DNA of 26,679 nucleotides from an uncultured Gammaproteobacteria bacterium (GCA_964643165.1 CAZXPO010000001.1:1-26679), one strand, 5' to 3'. Positions 16,291 to 25,405 are shown, numbered from the stretch's first letter. Made by a program: numbers and translations. Notes: generated from the letters alone by a model not told the origin.

Positions 16291-16321
16291 AAAAAGCCTC
16301 TTAATTTTTAAGAGGCTTTTT
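16291..16321 (-). terminator. Intrinsic terminator after paralogue B
   Basis: Minus strand AAAAAGCCTCTTAA-AAA-TTAAGAGGCTTTTT followed by TCTTT. Confidence 0.85.
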
Positions 16322-16342
16322 AGTTCTGGCAATGAATTTTAA

Positions 16343-16729
16343 TTATGCAGCCAGCACTACTCTTGTTCCTTCTGGAAGAATTCTGTTGCTATTAAGATAA
16401 CAACCCTCATATTCAAATCCTTCTTTAACTTCTCTGATTTTGTAAACCTCTAGAAGATAATATTCTCTTTCTTCATAAATCAAGAAGAAGAATGAATTTT
16501 CTCGAGGAAAAAATTTTTCGTACTGCCCGCAAAAGGCTGATACCTCGCTTACTGAAAAGGCTTTCTCTTTTGAACTAAAAACATCAAGTGACCCAAGAGG
16601 GGTTTTTAATTCACAAATTTTTAAATTTACAAGCTTTTCTTTGCAACGAATTACAAAATCTTCTACTTTTGCAATTTTTTTAGAGTCAACAGAGAACTCT
16701 TCTGCTTTTTTGGTAATTTCTTTTCCCAT
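16343..16729 (-). CDS. Hypothetical protein, paralogue B (most diverged)
   Basis: 128-aa ORF; SVSEVSAFCGQY...FFFLI....YYLLEV...RVVL aligns by eye with paralogues A and C. Confidence 0.7.
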   Translation of the reverse strand: MGKEITKKAEEFSVDSKKIAKVEDFVIRCKEKLVNLKICELKTPLGSLDVFSSKEKAFSVSEVSAFCGQYEKFFPRENSFFFLIYEEREYYLLEVYKIREVKEGFEYEGCYLNSNRILPEGTRVVLAA

Positions 16730-16758
16730 TACTCTTAATTTTTTGGTTTTTTAAAGAA

Positions 16759-17352
16759 TTATTTTTCCAATAAAATACTACCATATTGTTCTTGGATTGT
16801 CAACCTAGGAACAATAATTCGCAAATTTTTGCAAGAAATCCATTCGCAAATAAGATTTTTATCGCTATATGGATTATATGATGTAACTTCCAAGCCATTT
16901 GGCTTGATAAAAACCAAGACTGCGGCATATCCGCAGACTTTTTTTGTCAAAAAAAGTGTGCCCACTCCTTTTATCAAAAAAAGATTTGGATAATTAAGAC
17001 AAAAATCAATAATTTGCCCTTGTCCCAAACTTAACTCTCCAAAATTAGAATTAATCGTTTTGAAAGTTCTTAGCAAACTTTCCACTTGATTAACCCTATA
17101 AATTTCAACGAAAGTTTCCTCAGTTGCTTCTCCTGGCTTGCTTAATTCACAAAATCCGAAACATTCTTCGATTCCTGCTTTAAACAAATCCGTGGCTTTA
17201 ATTATTGTCTTTGTTCCATCGGTTGGACCAATAAATAATTCTTGGCCATTTTTTACCAGTGAAACAATTGGTGTCAGCTTTCTTTTCCTGAAATGTCTAA
17301 TTCTGGAAAATCCGCTAAATTTGGTGCTTCTTTTTGTTTTTGTTTCTCCCAT
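16759..17352 (-). CDS. Hypothetical protein, paralogue C
   Basis: 197-aa ORF with its own promoter; GPTDGTKTIIKATDLFKAG...LSLGQGQIIDFC...TLFLTKK...EW....RIIVP. Confidence 0.8.
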   Translation of the reverse strand: MGETKTKRSTKFSGFSRIRHFRKRKLTPIVSLVKNGQELFIGPTDGTKTIIKATDLFKAGIEECFGFCELSKPGEATEETFVEIYRVNQVESLLRTFKTINSNFGELSLGQGQIIDFCLNYPNLFLIKGVGTLFLTKKVCGYAAVLVFIKPNGLEVTSYNPYSDKNLICEWISCKNLRIIVPRLTIQEQYGSILLEK

Positions 17353-17397
17353 TGCTTATTAATTTTGTTAAATAACTTTTTTTTACTAATATTATTA

Positions 17398-17426
17398 ATA
17401 TTATCTTGAAAAAAGCCAATAGTCAA
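17398..17426 (-). promoter_or_regulatory. sigma70 promoter for paralogues C-B
   Basis: Minus strand TTGACT-N17-TAATAT. Confidence 0.7.
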
Positions 17427-17441
17427 TGAGAGCTTATTGAG

Positions 17442-17463
17442 CAATAATTTATCAATAATTTAT
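17442..17463 (+). repeat. 11-bp tandem direct repeat
   Basis: CAATAATTTAT x2, then degenerate CCTATTTTTAT. Confidence 0.7.
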
Positions 17464-17497
17464 CCTATTTTTATCATCCTTTTTTTATAATTAAAGA

Positions 17498-17773
17498 ATG
17501 ATAAAAAGATATCAAATCAAGCGGCTTTTCTGGCTAGTAAAAGACCGCGAAAGTATCAAATTTCACATTGAAGCTGCTGATTATTTTGGCACTTTGGCGG
17601 CCGTGCTTAGTCTTTTAGAACAAAAGCCGGAGCTAATTGGGCATCCGGCTTTGACAGAGATAAAAAAAGATTTACTAATTCTTCAAAGGGACTACAAAAT
17701 CGTTTCTCTAAACGAAAGAGAAAGCACAAAAAAAGAAAAAAGAACGCCAAAGGGCAAACTAAACAGCCAGTGA
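17498..17773 (+). CDS. Small hypothetical protein, probably leaderless
   Basis: 91-aa ORF, TATAAT at 17486-17491 six nt before the ATG. Core KFHIEAADYFGTLAAVLSLL...DLLILQRDYKI resembles a small conserved CPR family I recall but cannot verify. Confidence 0.7.
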   Translation: MIKRYQIKRLFWLVKDRESIKFHIEAADYFGTLAAVLSLLEQKPELIGHPALTEIKKDLLILQRDYKIVSLNERESTKKEKRTPKGKLNSQ

Positions 17774-18954
17774 TCAAAAAGCGAAAGAACAAAAAGCGCT
17801 GCCAGCAAAGAAATTGTGATGGCTGACTTTTTTTTGTGGTTAAAAATAATGGACAAACAAAACAGAAATAAAAATATTGCCGACCAAAAACCGGTTTCCG
17901 CGGACAATAAAAGCCAAACATTATGAACTGGCTGATATTGCCAAGCCGAGAGATCAGAATATTTATTTAATAAAAAATTAGCATAATTTCCCAGACCAGC
18001 CGGTTGGAATGTTTGAGAAGTTATTTTTTCGGAGGCAATTTTTAGACCAGTCCATCGTTCCTCAATTGAAATACTTTCCAAACGTCCGCTAGCAGACATT
18101 CGAGAAGAAAACCATTCGGAATTGGCGCCAAAAAAAATCATCGACAAACCAGCGCTCAAACCGAAAATTAATAAAATTTTTACTAGATTGCGGCGGAAAT
18201 TAAAAAATAGATAAATCAAAAGAGTAACGGCAAAAGCCAGCCAAGCGGCACGAGAAAAAGATATCAAAAGCGCCCAGAAAAAAATTATAAAAATAAAAAC
18301 TGAAGCCAACCATTCTTTTCTGTCTTTTGCTTTGATTAATTTATCAATAATCAGAAGCAAAGCAATCGCCATCACACCGCCGAAAATATTTGGATGATCA
18401 AATCCGCCATAAGCTCGAAGCAAGCGCTGGCCGTTGTTTTCCAAAACCGATTCCCCGGCATACTCTGAAACCTGATGTGGAGCAACCAAATATTTTATTT
18501 CTGGAACTTCTTGAATAGTAAATTGAAAAATCCCCAAAAGAGCAGATAAAAAACAAGAGAACAAAAAAGCTTTCACGACCAAGCGCCAGCTAATCTCTTT
18601 TTGAAATAATTGTGCAAAAAACAAGAGCGCCGCACCAGTGAAAAAATAAAAGAAATGACTAAAAGACAAAGAATAATCCGCTCCAAAAAAAATTGAAAAA
18701 AATAAAGATAAAACAAAAATCAACAAAAAAATATTTGGCTTAGAATTTTTTTCTGGCCATTTTTTTTTAATAATCATCTGGCGAAAAGCCAAAAAAACAA
18801 AAAATAAGGCGGCTAAACCAAAAGCAAAAAGAGCAATTTCCAAAAAATTATTCTGTCCGCCGTTAATTTCTCCATTGCGCAGAATTAATTTTATTTGCCA
18901 AGGAAGAACAAAAGCAAAAAATGACAAGCTGATTGTCAGCCAGTTCTTTTTCAT
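17692..18954 (-). CDS. O-antigen ligase-like (Wzy_C / O-oligosaccharyltransferase family) multi-TM protein
   Basis: Many hydrophobic segments; RAYGGFDHPN, SFSRAAW, ERW, PVHNVWLLLSAETG, LFDH. Confidence 0.88.
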   Translation of the reverse strand: MKKNWLTISLSFFAFVLPWQIKLILRNGEINGGQNNFLEIALFAFGLAALFFVFLAFRQMIIKKKWPEKNSKPNIFLLIFVLSLFFSIFFGADYSLSFSHFFYFFTGAALLFFAQLFQKEISWRLVVKAFLFSCFLSALLGIFQFTIQEVPEIKYLVAPHQVSEYAGESVLENNGQRLLRAYGGFDHPNIFGGVMAIALLLIIDKLIKAKDRKEWLASVFIFIIFFWALLISFSRAAWLAFAVTLLIYLFFNFRRNLVKILLIFGLSAGLSMIFFGANSEWFSSRMSASGRLESISIEERWTGLKIASEKITSQTFQPAGLGNYANFLLNKYSDLSAWQYQPVHNVWLLLSAETGFWSAIFLFLFCLSIIFNHKKKSAITISLLAALFVLSLFDHWLFSLPFGVLFSFFVLSLSFRETIL

Positions 18955-19844
18955 AAATATTTTTTTAAATTTTCTTCGTAGCGATGGCGGTATTCCCGGC
19001 GGCGGTCGTGTTCATGAAATTTCAAAACCGAATCGGAAATTACCACCCCTCCCGCTTCATTTTCCGGATTAATATTTTTTCGGCTAATTCTTTTCTTTTG
19101 AAAATATCTGGCGATTTTATCTAAAAATTTAGAAGCCACAAAATGTTTTTTTTCAGGCAAAGAGCGAAACGGCGAAGAAAATGAGAAAACAGCGTTTGGT
19201 ATTTTTTTTCTAATCACTTCGTTTTTCTCCCACAGCTCCGCAAAAATTCCATCATCATAAAGAGAGTCCAGAAAAGCAAACCAATAAACAAAATAGGGGT
19301 CGCCGTCTTGAAGCATCAAAGAAGAAAAATCCAAACCATCTTCAGAAACAAAAAAACTCAAACAAACCTGATCCTTAATTTTTTTTCGATCCATTCTCAG
19401 TCCGGAAAAATGAGTAATTATGGTTACCAAAAACCTGGTCAGCCAAAGTGAATTTTTATCGGTAATAACCAAGACATCGACATCGCTTTCCGAATGGTAA
19501 TAAAAATTATTGCACACTGCCACCCCTTTTAACCCGGGAACAAAACGCCACAAACGCAAGGCGAGACGGGCGCGGCGCATCTTTTTCTCGGCAAGAATCG
19601 CAAATTGACGGCGATGTTCAACAATATTTTCCCGCCCTCGCAAAAAATAGAAACCATTTACCTGCTCCAAACGCGATGACAAAAAATTATCTTCTAAAAT
19701 ATTCTGAACTTCCAAAAAATCTGCCTTCCATTCACACAAACGCCAAGTTTCAAAAACGGTTAATGGATAATTAAAGGTGTCAAAAAAGGCGAAAGTTTTC
19801 AAAATCGCCTCCGCCAAATTTTCCGCTTGTAAATCAGTGGTCAT
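18951..19844 (-). CDS. Nucleotidyltransferase-fold (pol-beta-like) hypothetical protein
   Basis: FFDTFNYPLT N-terminal motif and VAVCNN....ESDVDVLVI (DxD); TGA overlaps the next ATG (ATGA). Confidence 0.7.
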   Translation of the reverse strand: MTTDLQAENLAEAILKTFAFFDTFNYPLTVFETWRLCEWKADFLEVQNILEDNFLSSRLEQVNGFYFLRGRENIVEHRRQFAILAEKKMRRARLALRLWRFVPGLKGVAVCNNFYYHSESDVDVLVITDKNSLWLTRFLVTIITHFSGLRMDRKKIKDQVCLSFFVSEDGLDFSSLMLQDGDPYFVYWFAFLDSLYDDGIFAELWEKNEVIRKKIPNAVFSFSSPFRSLPEKKHFVASKFLDKIARYFQKKRISRKNINPENEAGGVVISDSVLKFHEHDRRREYRHRYEENLKKYL

Positions 19845-19853
19845 AAAGCAAAA

Positions 19854-20954
19854 TTATTTTATCGGACCTTCAATCTGCAAGATTTCCAAATCACTTTCGC
19901 CGTCAGTAATTTTCACAACATCCTTGTCAATTTTTTTGAATTCTTTATAAGCATTATTATAATGATTAACCGTGGCGGACATGCTTAGTCCGAGCTTGCG
20001 CATAAAATCATCATAACTCAATAGATGCTTGGCCAATTTTTCTACATTTACTTTTATATCTTTGGCACTTTCTTCAATTTGCATCGCTCTCAATCCTTGA
20101 AGCACGGTTTGCAAATAAGCCAAAAAGGAAGTCGGCGAAACAATAATTACTTTTTTGTCACGAAAAGCATATTCAATCAAATCACGGGAATTGGCGCCAA
20201 CCTTGTTGATTAACAAATCATAATAAATTGCCTCGGAAGGAATAAACATGAAAGCAAATTCCATGGTTCCCAATTCTGGACGAACATATTTTGAAGTTTC
20301 ATCAATTCTGTTTTTCAAATCCTGTTTGAATTGCAATTCAATTTTTTTGCGCGATTCCGCATCTTTCACGGTCATTAAACGCTCATAATTTTCCAAAGAA
20401 AATTTGGCATCAATCGGAATAATTTTTTCCTTCACAAAAACTACCGCATCAACAATCAGATCACGGTCTTTGTTTTTGCCAAGCTGATACTGCATCTGAT
20501 AAGAATTTGGCGGCAAAACATTTTTCAAAGTTTCTTCTAAAAAATATTCTCCCAAAATACCGCGCTGTTTTGGATTTTTTAAAATATCTTGCAAGCTTTG
20601 CAACTGGCTGGAAAAATTAACTACCTGGCGGTTAGTCTCATCCAATTTGGCTAATTTTTCGGTGACATCGGCAATTAATTTTTGTGATTGGGAATTAATG
20701 CTCTGCATCATCCTGACGGTTTGATTGCCTTGTTCTTGATTGCTGCGATGGGTTTCGGAAAGTTTGCGATCAAGTTCTTGGCGCAATTCATTATTTTGAG
20801 TAGAAAGCTGAGCTAATTTTTCCGATTGGCGAGACAAGTTTTCCAAAAGGGCCACTGACTGCGCGTCATTTGTTGAGTCTTTTTTCTTTAATAATAGAAA
20901 AATAATAGCTGCGAAGCCAATAACCACCAAAACTAGCAATAAATAGTTATCCAT
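19854..20954 (-). CDS. rmuC: DNA recombination protein RmuC
   Basis: N-terminal TM, coiled coil, LKNPKQRGILGEYFLE, VDAVV, IPIDAKFSLENY, FAFMFIPSEAIY, VSPTSF. Confidence 0.93.
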   Translation of the reverse strand: MDNYLLLVLVVIGFAAIIFLLLKKKDSTNDAQSVALLENLSRQSEKLAQLSTQNNELRQELDRKLSETHRSNQEQGNQTVRMMQSINSQSQKLIADVTEKLAKLDETNRQVVNFSSQLQSLQDILKNPKQRGILGEYFLEETLKNVLPPNSYQMQYQLGKNKDRDLIVDAVVFVKEKIIPIDAKFSLENYERLMTVKDAESRKKIELQFKQDLKNRIDETSKYVRPELGTMEFAFMFIPSEAIYYDLLINKVGANSRDLIEYAFRDKKVIIVSPTSFLAYLQTVLQGLRAMQIEESAKDIKVNVEKLAKHLLSYDDFMRKLGLSMSATVNHYNNAYKEFKKIDKDVVKITDGESDLEILQIEGPIK

Positions 20955-21015
20955 ATAAATTTTTTTTATTTTTACTATTTAATTATAGCGCATTTATTAA
21001 AAATATGGGAATAAT

Positions 21016-21044
21016 AAAAAAACGACCCTCACGGATCGTTTTTT
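21016..21044 (-). terminator. Intrinsic terminator after gyrA
   Basis: Minus strand AAAAAACGATCC-GTGA-GGGTCGTTTTTTT (one G-U pair, GNRA loop, U-tract). Confidence 0.85.
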
Positions 21045-21055
21045 AAAATATTTTG

Positions 21056-23596
21056 TTAGGCCCAAGTAACACTAGCTACTTTGTCGTTTGGATCTTTAAA
21101 TCGCATAATGCGAACACCTTGCGTGTCGCGGCCCAAAACGTTAACTGAATTATAAGGCAAACGAATAACCTGGCCTTTTTCGGAAATAATTACCAAATCT
21201 CTTTCTTCCATGGTTAAACCATTCAACAAGAAGGCATTGGTTAATTCTCCAGTCTTGTCGGTGATCTTGGCAGTTTTGATTCCGCTACCACCACGACCTT
21301 GAACCTTGTAAAGACCAAAATCGGTTCTCTTGCCATAACCGCTGGCCATAATAGTCAAGATTTGATATTTTCGCACTTTGTCTTTATCGGTTTTGGCAAC
21401 GCCCATCCCAATTACTCGATCGCCGCTCTTGATACGGATACCGGTCACCCCGGCAGCATTGCGGCCCATGTCGCGAACATCAGTTTCTTTGAAGCGGATT
21501 GCTTGGCCGTTGGCGGTTACTAACTGAATGTGGTCAGAACCGGAACTTGGTTTGACCCAAATCAATTTGTCATCTTCTTTTAGCTTGATGGCAATCAAAC
21601 CAGAACGACGGACATTTGAAAAAGCATTTAACTCAACCTTTTTCACTAAACCTCTCTCAGTGGCAAAGAATAAATATTTACTGCCAAACATCTTGTCTAG
21701 CGGCAAAATTGAACTGACTTTTTCATCACTGGTTAATTGCAAGAAATTAACAATTGGAGTGCCTTTGGCAATTCTGGAGGTTTGAGGAATCTCATAGGCC
21801 TTCATCTGGAAAACTCGACCCTTGGTCGTGAAGAATAGAATATCGCTATGAGTGAAGGTGGTGAACATAAATTCAACCATATCCTCTTCTTTGGTGGTTA
21901 AACCAATTACCCCCTTGCCGCCTCTGGCTTGAACTTTGAAAGTATCCGGTTCAATGCGTTTGATGTAGCCATCTCTGGTCATCAAGACTACGGTTTCTTC
22001 GTTTGGAACCAAATCTTCCATATTAAAATCTTTCACGCCATTAGCTACAACCCTCGTTCTTCTAGCGTCACCGAATTTTTCTTTCAAAGTGCTAGTTTCT
22101 TCTTTTACTACTTTTAAAATATTGTGATCAGAACTCAAAATTGTTTCTAAATCTTTGATGATTCCTTTCTTTTCTTTTAATTCATCTTCGATTCTTTTCT
22201 GCTCCAAGTTGGCCAAGCTCTGCAAGCGCATTTCCAAAATAGCAATTGCTTGTCTTTCGGAAAGTTTGAATTTTTTGATCAAACTAGCTTTGGCAGCTTC
22301 CTTATCTTTGGAAGCCTTGATTGTGGCAATCACATCATCAATGTTTTTTAAAGCAATCATCAAACCCTCCAAAATATGAGCGCGCTCTTTGGCTTTGTTT
22401 AATTCAAAAGTGGTGCGGCGGCGAACAACTTCTTGGCGATGTTTAATATATTCTTCCAAAATCATTTTGAGAGTCAAAATTTTTGGTTGAATGCCATCAA
22501 TTAAGGCCAGCATGTTGACGTGGAAAGTTTCTTGCAACTGGGTGTGCTTGTACAAAGCATTAAGAACTTTTTTTGGATAAGCTTCTTTCTTTAATTCAAT
22601 CACCACGCGAATACCATCCTTGTCTGACTCATCACGCAAGTTTTTGATACCATCAACTTTTTTTTCTCTAACCAGGTCGGCAATTCTTTCTACCAAAACC
22701 GCTTTGTTCACTTGATAAGGAATTTCGGAAATAATAATTTGAAAGCCACTTTTGGTTTCTTCAATATCAGCGACACCGCGCATCACAATTCCGCCTTTGC
22801 CGGTGGCATAAGCTTGCAAAATATCTTTTTGATTATAAATAATACCACCTGTCGGAAAATCTGGACCCTTAACATATTCCATTAATTCTTCCACTGTTGC
22901 TTCTGGGTTATCAATCAAGTGAGCAATAGCCTCTAATAATTCAGTGAGATTATGAGGCGGAATATTGGTGGCCATTCCAACCGCGATACCCATGGTACCA
23001 TTCATTAAAAGTTGAGGCAGTTTGGAAGGCAAAACTTTTGGTTCTTTTTGAGAGCCATCGAAGTTTGGAATAAAATCAATCGTGTCTTTGTCGATATCAT
23101 AAAGCATTTCTTCAGCAATTGAAGAAAGCTTTGCTTCAGTATAACGCATGGCCGCCGGACGGTCACCATCGATTGAGCCATAGTTACCTTGCCCTTTCAC
23201 CAGCATGTAACGCAAAGAAAAATCCTGTGCCATGCGAGCCATTGAATCATAAACTGCTGTATCGCCATGAGGATGATATTTACCAAGAACTTCACCAACC
23301 ACGGTTGCTGATTTTCTAAATTTTCCACTAGCTCGCAAGCCAATGCTCCACATCGCATAAAGAATACGGCGATGAACCGGTTTCATACCATCTCGGACAT
23401 CAGGTAAAGCACGAGCAACGATGACACTCATCGCATAATCCAAATATGAACGGCTCATTTCCTCGACTAGTGGCTGGTTTTCAATCCAGCCGAATTCGGT
23501 CCTGGTTCGTTCGTTGCCGTTGGTTGATGAACGCATTTCTTCATCCTCTAAAGGAAGGTCTTTAATTAAATTTTCATCTTTTTTTTCTTCGGACAT
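21056..23596 (-). CDS. gyrA: DNA gyrase subunit A
   Basis: [29 protein letters not shown] (catalytic Tyr), GyrA-box QARGGKG (argues against ParC), beta-pinwheel repeats. Confidence 0.98.
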   Translation of the reverse strand: MSEEKKDENLIKDLPLEDEEMRSSTNGNERTRTEFGWIENQPLVEEMSRSYLDYAMSVIVARALPDVRDGMKPVHRRILYAMWSIGLRASGKFRKSATVVGEVLGKYHPHGDTAVYDSMARMAQDFSLRYMLVKGQGNYGSIDGDRPAAMRYTEAKLSSIAEEMLYDIDKDTIDFIPNFDGSQKEPKVLPSKLPQLLMNGTMGIAVGMATNIPPHNLTELLEAIAHLIDNPEATVEELMEYVKGPDFPTGGIIYNQKDILQAYATGKGGIVMRGVADIEETKSGFQIIISEIPYQVNKAVLVERIADLVREKKVDGIKNLRDESDKDGIRVVIELKKEAYPKKVLNALYKHTQLQETFHVNMLALIDGIQPKILTLKMILEEYIKHRQEVVRRRTTFELNKAKERAHILEGLMIALKNIDDVIATIKASKDKEAAKASLIKKFKLSERQAIAILEMRLQSLANLEQKRIEDELKEKKGIIKDLETILSSDHNILKVVKEETSTLKEKFGDARRTRVVANGVKDFNMEDLVPNEETVVLMTRDGYIKRIEPDTFKVQARGGKGVIGLTTKEEDMVEFMFTTFTHSDILFFTTKGRVFQMKAYEIPQTSRIAKGTPIVNFLQLTSDEKVSSILPLDKMFGSKYLFFATERGLVKKVELNAFSNVRRSGLIAIKLKEDDKLIWVKPSSGSDHIQLVTANGQAIRFKETDVRDMGRNAAGVTGIRIKSGDRVIGMGVAKTDKDKVRKYQILTIMASGYGKRTDFGLYKVQGRGGSGIKTAKITDKTGELTNAFLLNGLTMEERDLVIISEKGQVIRLPYNSVNVLGRDTQGVRIMRFKDPNDKVASVTWA

Positions 23597-23608
23597 ACAA
23601 TCAATAAT

Positions 23609-23986
23609 CTATTTCTTTAAAATGTTTAAATCACTAGTGCTAGCAGTGGTGCTGGCTAGAGAAGAAGAAGCGTTAGTGTTAATTTTATCCAATAAAACCT
23701 CTGCATCTTCAACTGTTTCTTGTTGATTTTTTATTTTTTCAAATTTTTCTTCAACATTCTGCATCATTTTGTTCAAATCATTTCGGACTTGAGAAAAATT
23801 TGTGATTTCTTCTTTTTTTGGAGTATCTTCATTTATTAATTCTGTACCATTAGAAAACAAATGAGGAAGATTTACTAACCAGAGAATACCAATAATTACT
23901 GAAAAAAAAATTACTCCCGCGCTGGCATAAAAACGCCGATTTCTTTTTTTTATTTCTTCAAAATTTTTGTTTTGATCGTTTTCCAT
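23609..23986 (-). CDS. Single-TM hypothetical protein
   Basis: 125 aa, basic stretch then one TM (FYASAGVIFFSVIIGILWLV), coiled-coil and Ser/Thr-rich tail; packed between ndk and gyrA. Confidence 0.75.
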   Translation of the reverse strand: MENDQNKNFEEIKKRNRRFYASAGVIFFSVIIGILWLVNLPHLFSNGTELINEDTPKKEEITNFSQVRNDLNKMMQNVEEKFEKIKNQQETVEDAEVLLDKINTNASSSLASTTASTSDLNILKK

Positions 23987-23987
23987 T

Positions 23988-24590
23988 TTACTCTAATAAG
24001 CCATCAAGGTTAATATCGTAGAGCATTTGCTCAGCAATCAAGCGGTAGCTGATTAATTCTTCTTGATTAAACCATAAAGAAATTTCTCTTTCAGATTCAG
24101 ATGAATCATCAGTGCAATGAACCAAGTTTCTCACTGCTCGACCATCAAGATTGGAAATTTCATAAGAATCCAAAGTGTAGTCGCCGCGGATAGTGCCGAC
24201 TGCAGAAGTTGCTGGCTCGGTGCTGCCGACAATTTTTTTGATAATTGCTACTGATTGATTTCCTTCCCAAACCATTGGAATCACTGGACTGGCAGTCATG
24301 AATTTTACCAAGGCACCAATAATTTCACGACCATATTCAATTGCTTCTTTTTCAATTGGCAAACCAGCGGCCTTCAAATTTTCCACTAATTTTTCTCCTT
24401 TGGATTGGAACCAAGCTTCATCTTTGTTGTAGTGCTTCCAGACTAATTCTTCTTTTGGCACCATCATTTTCATGGCAATTAATTTCAAGCCAGTATTTTC
24501 AAAACGCTTAAGTAAGTCGCCAACCAAACCGCGCTGAATAGCGTCTGGTTTCAAGATGACCAGGGTTCTTTCTTTTTTTGGGTGAGTCAT
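23988..24590 (-). CDS. ndk: Nucleoside diphosphate kinase
   Basis: ERTLVILKPDAIQRGLVG, GTIRGD, RNLVHCTD (phospho-His). Confidence 0.93.
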   Translation of the reverse strand: MTHPKKERTLVILKPDAIQRGLVGDLLKRFENTGLKLIAMKMMVPKEELVWKHYNKDEAWFQSKGEKLVENLKAAGLPIEKEAIEYGREIIGALVKFMTASPVIPMVWEGNQSVAIIKKIVGSTEPATSAVGTIRGDYTLDSYEISNLDGRAVRNLVHCTDDSSESEREISLWFNQEELISYRLIAEQMLYDINLDGLLE

Positions 24591-24607
24591 AAAATATTTT
24601 ATTAAAT

Positions 24608-25252
24608 TTAAAAACTTAAAACGACCAGCTCCATTTCTTCAGCTGGTAAATCTTTTTTTGATATTTTTAATTTTTCTTCATGGGTTGGAACCACTCCTAA
24701 TTCTTTGATGAATTTTTCCAAATCATCCAATTCGATTTTTACTTCTGGATGGCGATAGTGCATTGGAATAACCATGCGCGGTTCAATTTGGGAAATTACT
24801 TCGACCGCCTTTTTGGCGTCCAAAGTGTAGTGTCCGCCTACTGGAATCAATAAAATATCAGTGCCAACTAGTTTTTCTAATTCTGTGTTGTCCAGAGTGT
24901 GTGCTAAATCTCCCAAGTGAGCAATACTGATGTCATCAATTTCGATGCGATAAATAATGTTACCACCACGCTTTTCACCGTTTGCTTCATCATGAAAAGA
25001 ATCAATTCCTTCCACAAAAATTCCCTTCACATCATACTCTCCGGCACAGTTGATTACTCTCGGATTTCCTTTCACTGCTGAAACGTTATTGTGGTCATCA
25101 TGATCATGGCTAACAGTTACTAAATCAGCCTCCAAGGAAGGCAATTTCAAACCAGTTTCTTTTGAATAAGGATCGGTAATTAAAGTGACGCCATCAGCGC
25201 CAATCTTGTCTTGCAACTTAAAACATGAGTGACCAAGCCAGGTAATAATCAT
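24608..25252 (-). CDS. Metallo-beta-lactamase-fold Zn hydrolase (UPF0173-like)
   Basis: WLGHSCF, TDPY, VSHDHDDH, HLGD, LIPVGG, IPMHY. Confidence 0.92.
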   Translation of the reverse strand: MIITWLGHSCFKLQDKIGADGVTLITDPYSKETGLKLPSLEADLVTVSHDHDDHNNVSAVKGNPRVINCAGEYDVKGIFVEGIDSFHDEANGEKRGGNIIYRIEIDDISIAHLGDLAHTLDNTELEKLVGTDILLIPVGGHYTLDAKKAVEVISQIEPRMVIPMHYRHPEVKIELDDLEKFIKELGVVPTHEEKLKISKKDLPAEEMELVVLSF

Positions 25253-25300
25253 AAAAACATTAGCTAATTTACAATAAAAATGGGCTTAAACCCTGGATTT

Positions 25301-25329
25301 AGTATAGCAAACAAAAAGCCCTCAGTCAA
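25301..25329 (-). promoter_or_regulatory. sigma70 promoter for the MBL-ndk-hypothetical-gyrA run
   Basis: Minus strand TTGACT-N17-TATACT. Confidence 0.8.
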
Positions 25330-25350
25330 ACAAAGAAAATCTTGAAAAAT

Positions 25351-25378
25351 AAAAAAGGTCCATACATATATATGGACC
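25351..25378 (-). terminator. Intrinsic terminator after 25406..26371
   Basis: Minus strand GGTCCATA-TATATG-TATGGACC-TTTTTT. Confidence 0.8.
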
Positions 25379-25405
25379 CATTTGTTGTTTGTTTAATAAT
25401 TAAGT

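Noticed and set aside
15774-17500. Complete diversity-generating retroelement
   Set aside because: No reverse transcriptase, Avd or VR/TR repeat pair with adenine-specific mismatches is visible in the window; kept only as a family-level hypothesis.
13475-17700. Integrated mobile element around abiE-radC-paralogues
   Set aside because: No integrase, transposase, tRNA or flanking direct repeats found by eye; at most an accessory island.
23260-23285. Quinolone-resistance substitution in GyrA (Thr at the E. coli Ser83 position; HGDTAVYD)
   Set aside because: Thr is the wild-type residue in several susceptible taxa (Pseudomonas, Campylobacter) and Asp87 is retained.
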